Positions 56,818 to 58,289 of a stretch of DNA of 58,289 bases are shown piece by piece (the stretch's first letter is position 1; each line of letters begins with the position of its first letter). The notes beneath the pieces were generated by a model. The model searched no databases, had not been told where the DNA came from, and was given only the letters and a program-made list of their open reading frames with translations. Made by a program: the position numbers and the translations under genes. The stretch comes from Bacteroidota bacterium (lineage in GTDB: Bacteria > Bacteroidota > Ignavibacteria > UBA10030): NCBI GenBank assembly GCA_040901865.1, contig JBBDYD010000136.1, positions 29,912-88,200 of the forward strand. The letters are read 5' to 3'.

Positions 56818-56966
56818 GTAGGAAACCAAATTCGAAATTGGGTGTTGGATGTTCGGCGTTGGATATTTCTTTTTACTGGATAGCAGCAATATCCAATATC
56901 GAACGTCCAACGGTAGGAAACCAAATTCGACATTGGGAGTTGGGCATTCGGCGTTGGATATTTCTT
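56818..56966. repeat. Tandem pair of an intergenic element with a 95-nt period; the first copy contains a long imperfect palindrome
   Basis: GTAGGAAACCAAATTCGA.ATTGGG.GTTGG..TTCGGCGTTGGATATTTCTTT occurs at 56818 and again at 56913. The first copy folds TGTTGGATGTTCGGCGTTGGATATT against AATATCCAATATCGAACGTCCAACGG. 7-nt phasing (GTTGGAT GTTCGGC GTTGGAT). More heptads (CAATTCG CAATCCG) follow at about 57051-57080. Confidence 0.85.
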
Positions 56967-57153
56967 TCCGTCTCAATCCGTTCTTTTTCTGTCCTTTTCC
57001 GTTCCTATCCGTGTTCCATTATCAAGTTTCATCAATCCGTTCAGGATTCCCAATTTCGCAATTCGCAATCCGAATTCCACCTTGATTTTTCCCCAACTCT
57101 TCTGTACCATGCCATCAAGTTCTTTGCTGTGAATTTCTTTGCTCCTTCGAGGG

Positions 57154-58289
57154 ATGACCATTCGCACCGTTTCGTCTTCCCCATTCTATCTCCTCCCCCT
57201 TGTATCTCTCCTCCTCCATACGGGTTGCGATAACCGGATTTTTACCGGGAAACGTGAAGCACGAGGTGTCTGGATGTCGCGCTTCGAATACGCCGTCGAT
57301 TCCGCCCGGGTCAATCCGTCCGTTGCGAAAGCGATTATCAGGAATGTTTTTGAACGTGCCCGAAAGGCGCGGTTGAACATGGTGTTCTTCCAGGTCCGGG
57401 GGAACGCAGACGCTTTCTATAACTCGACGCTTGAGCCATGGTCGGCGATGTTGAGCGGATCGCTTGGACAGGATCCCGGCTGGGATCCCCTTGCGTTTGC
57501 TGTTGAAGAGGCCCACCGGCTTGGGTTGGAACTGCACGCCTGGATCAACGCGTTTCCGGTTTGGCGCGGTCCGGGTTTCCCGCAAGAAACAACCCCGAGA
57601 CCCGTGGTGCTCGCACATCCTGATTGGATTGTCTGCGACAGCACGGGAAGCCCGATGCCTCTCACTCAGAATGGCTATGCGTGGGGCACTCCGGGGAACC
57701 CTGCAATGAGAGAACATATCATCAATGTGGTGAAGGAAATCGTCGGGCAGTACGACGTGGATGGCGTTCATTTCGACTACGTGCGCTATCCCGAGGGTTC
57801 CAGGGTTCACGGGTTTTCACGGGATTCCGTGAGTGTTGCGCGCTTCCAAAGTCTTAAATCGAATCCCGCACAGCTGCCTTGGGAATACTGGCAGCGTGAA
57901 CAGATAAACGACTTTATCGCCGGCGCATACGATACCATTATCAGCATGAAACACTGGATCAAAGTCTCCGCGGCTGTGATCGGCAAATATGACGGTTCGG
58001 GGTGGACCTCGTATCATGCCGTGTTTCAGGACCCGTATCGCTGGATGGAACTTGAAAAAATCGACTTTATTGTTCCAATGGTGTATTGGCAACGTTCGCA
58101 TCCGACTCATCCATTTGTACCGCTGATTGCACAATGGCACGACAGGGTTGCGCACAAACGACAAGTACTTCCGGGACTCTCCACCGGTCTGCAACATAAA
58201 TTCGGATGGCGTGAGCTTTCGGCGCAAATTCACGCGGTCCGGAAGCAGGGACTTCCCGGAGTCGTGTTCTTTGCCTCGGGCGGATTGGA
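57154..58289 (+). CDS. DUF187 / GHL10-type (YngK-like) glycoside hydrolase-like lipoprotein, 3' partial
   Basis: This open frame is absent from the ORF track because it runs off the window. MTIRTVSSSPFYLLPLVSLLLHTGC lipobox, then ARGVWMSRFEY...NMVFFQVRGNADAFY.S.LEPWS...HAWINAF...VDGVHFDYVRYP, typical of DUF187. Confidence 0.7.
   Translation, partial: MTIRTVSSSPFYLLPLVSLLLHTGCDNRIFTGKREARGVWMSRFEYAVDSARVNPSVAKAIIRNVFERARKARLNMVFFQVRGNADAFYNSTLEPWSAMLSGSLGQDPGWDPLAFAVEEAHRLGLELHAWINAFPVWRGPGFPQETTPRPVVLAHPDWIVCDSTGSPMPLTQNGYAWGTPGNPAMREHIINVVKEIVGQYDVDGVHFDYVRYPEGSRVHGFSRDSVSVARFQSLKSNPAQLPWEYWQREQINDFIAGAYDTIISMKHWIKVSAAVIGKYDGSGWTSYHAVFQDPYRWMELEKIDFIVPMVYWQRSHPTHPFVPLIAQWHDRVAHKRQVLPGLSTGLQHKFGWRELSAQIHAVRKQGLPGVVFFASGGL

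Noticed and set aside
1-56900. The inverted repeat copies at 1-70 and 56831-56900 as boundaries of a 57-kb mobile element or genomic island
   Set aside because: No transposase, integrase or conjugation genes lie between them. The content includes core genes (lysA, asd, gnd, metF fusion). The element is itself palindromic and tandemly duplicated. This fits a dispersed REP-like repeat better than terminal inverted repeats.
57115-57810. 231-aa minus-strand ORF
   Set aside because: Antisense to the open-ended DUF187 lipoprotein frame, which has a lipobox and strong family motifs.

Overview
The window is about 58 kb of moderately GC-rich bacterial chromosome. Several secreted proteins end in the QNYPNPFNP-type T9SS C-terminal sorting domain, and there are TonB-dependent receptors with an N-terminal carboxypeptidase-regulatory-like domain. 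These point to the FCB superphylum (Ignavibacteria-like); this placement is inference, not a database result.

Gene blocks:
(1) 91-5048, minus strand: an ECF sigma factor operon with three YciI/DGPF paralogs, two RibD_C/DHFR-like proteins, a DUF1801 protein and a small membrane protein.
(2) 5218-27732, plus strand: a pectin/polygalacturonate utilisation locus with no SusD. It encodes PL9-like and PL1 lyases, GH28, GH105, two TonB-dependent receptors, large unknown T9SS-type surface proteins, two PorV-like barrels, a LacI regulator and DUF4861.
(3) 27729-40928, plus strand: a hexuronate catabolic operon with uxaC, kduD, kduI, a UxaE-type epimerase, a TRAP transporter, an SDR mannonate oxidoreductase, a PdxB-like dehydrogenase, a LarA-like enzyme, kdgK and then gnd. 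No uxaA, uxaB or uxuA is visible in the window.
(4) 41030-48713, minus strand: a two-component system (sensor kinase with periplasmic c-type heme motifs plus a sigma-54 activator) with an archaemetzincin and a TerB-like protein. Directly upstream on the same strand sits a four-gene module: a membrane-anchored GcvH-fold protein, a NrfC-like 4x[4Fe-4S] protein, a NrfD-like membrane protein and a Cys-rich GcvH-fold protein, with no catalytic subunit.
(5) 49087-58289: housekeeping genes (M50 protease, DUF1611, lysA, asd, SCO/CusF-like, homocysteine methyltransferase-MetF fusion, partial DUF187 lipoprotein).

Most operon boundaries carry tandem arrays with strict 7-nt periodicity, often as inverted arms. 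A roughly 95-bp palindromic element occurs at 56818-56966, with an inverted copy at the left window edge.

I saw no tRNA or rRNA genes, CRISPR arrays, transposases or integrases. All product calls rest on motifs I recognise by eye. No homology search was run.
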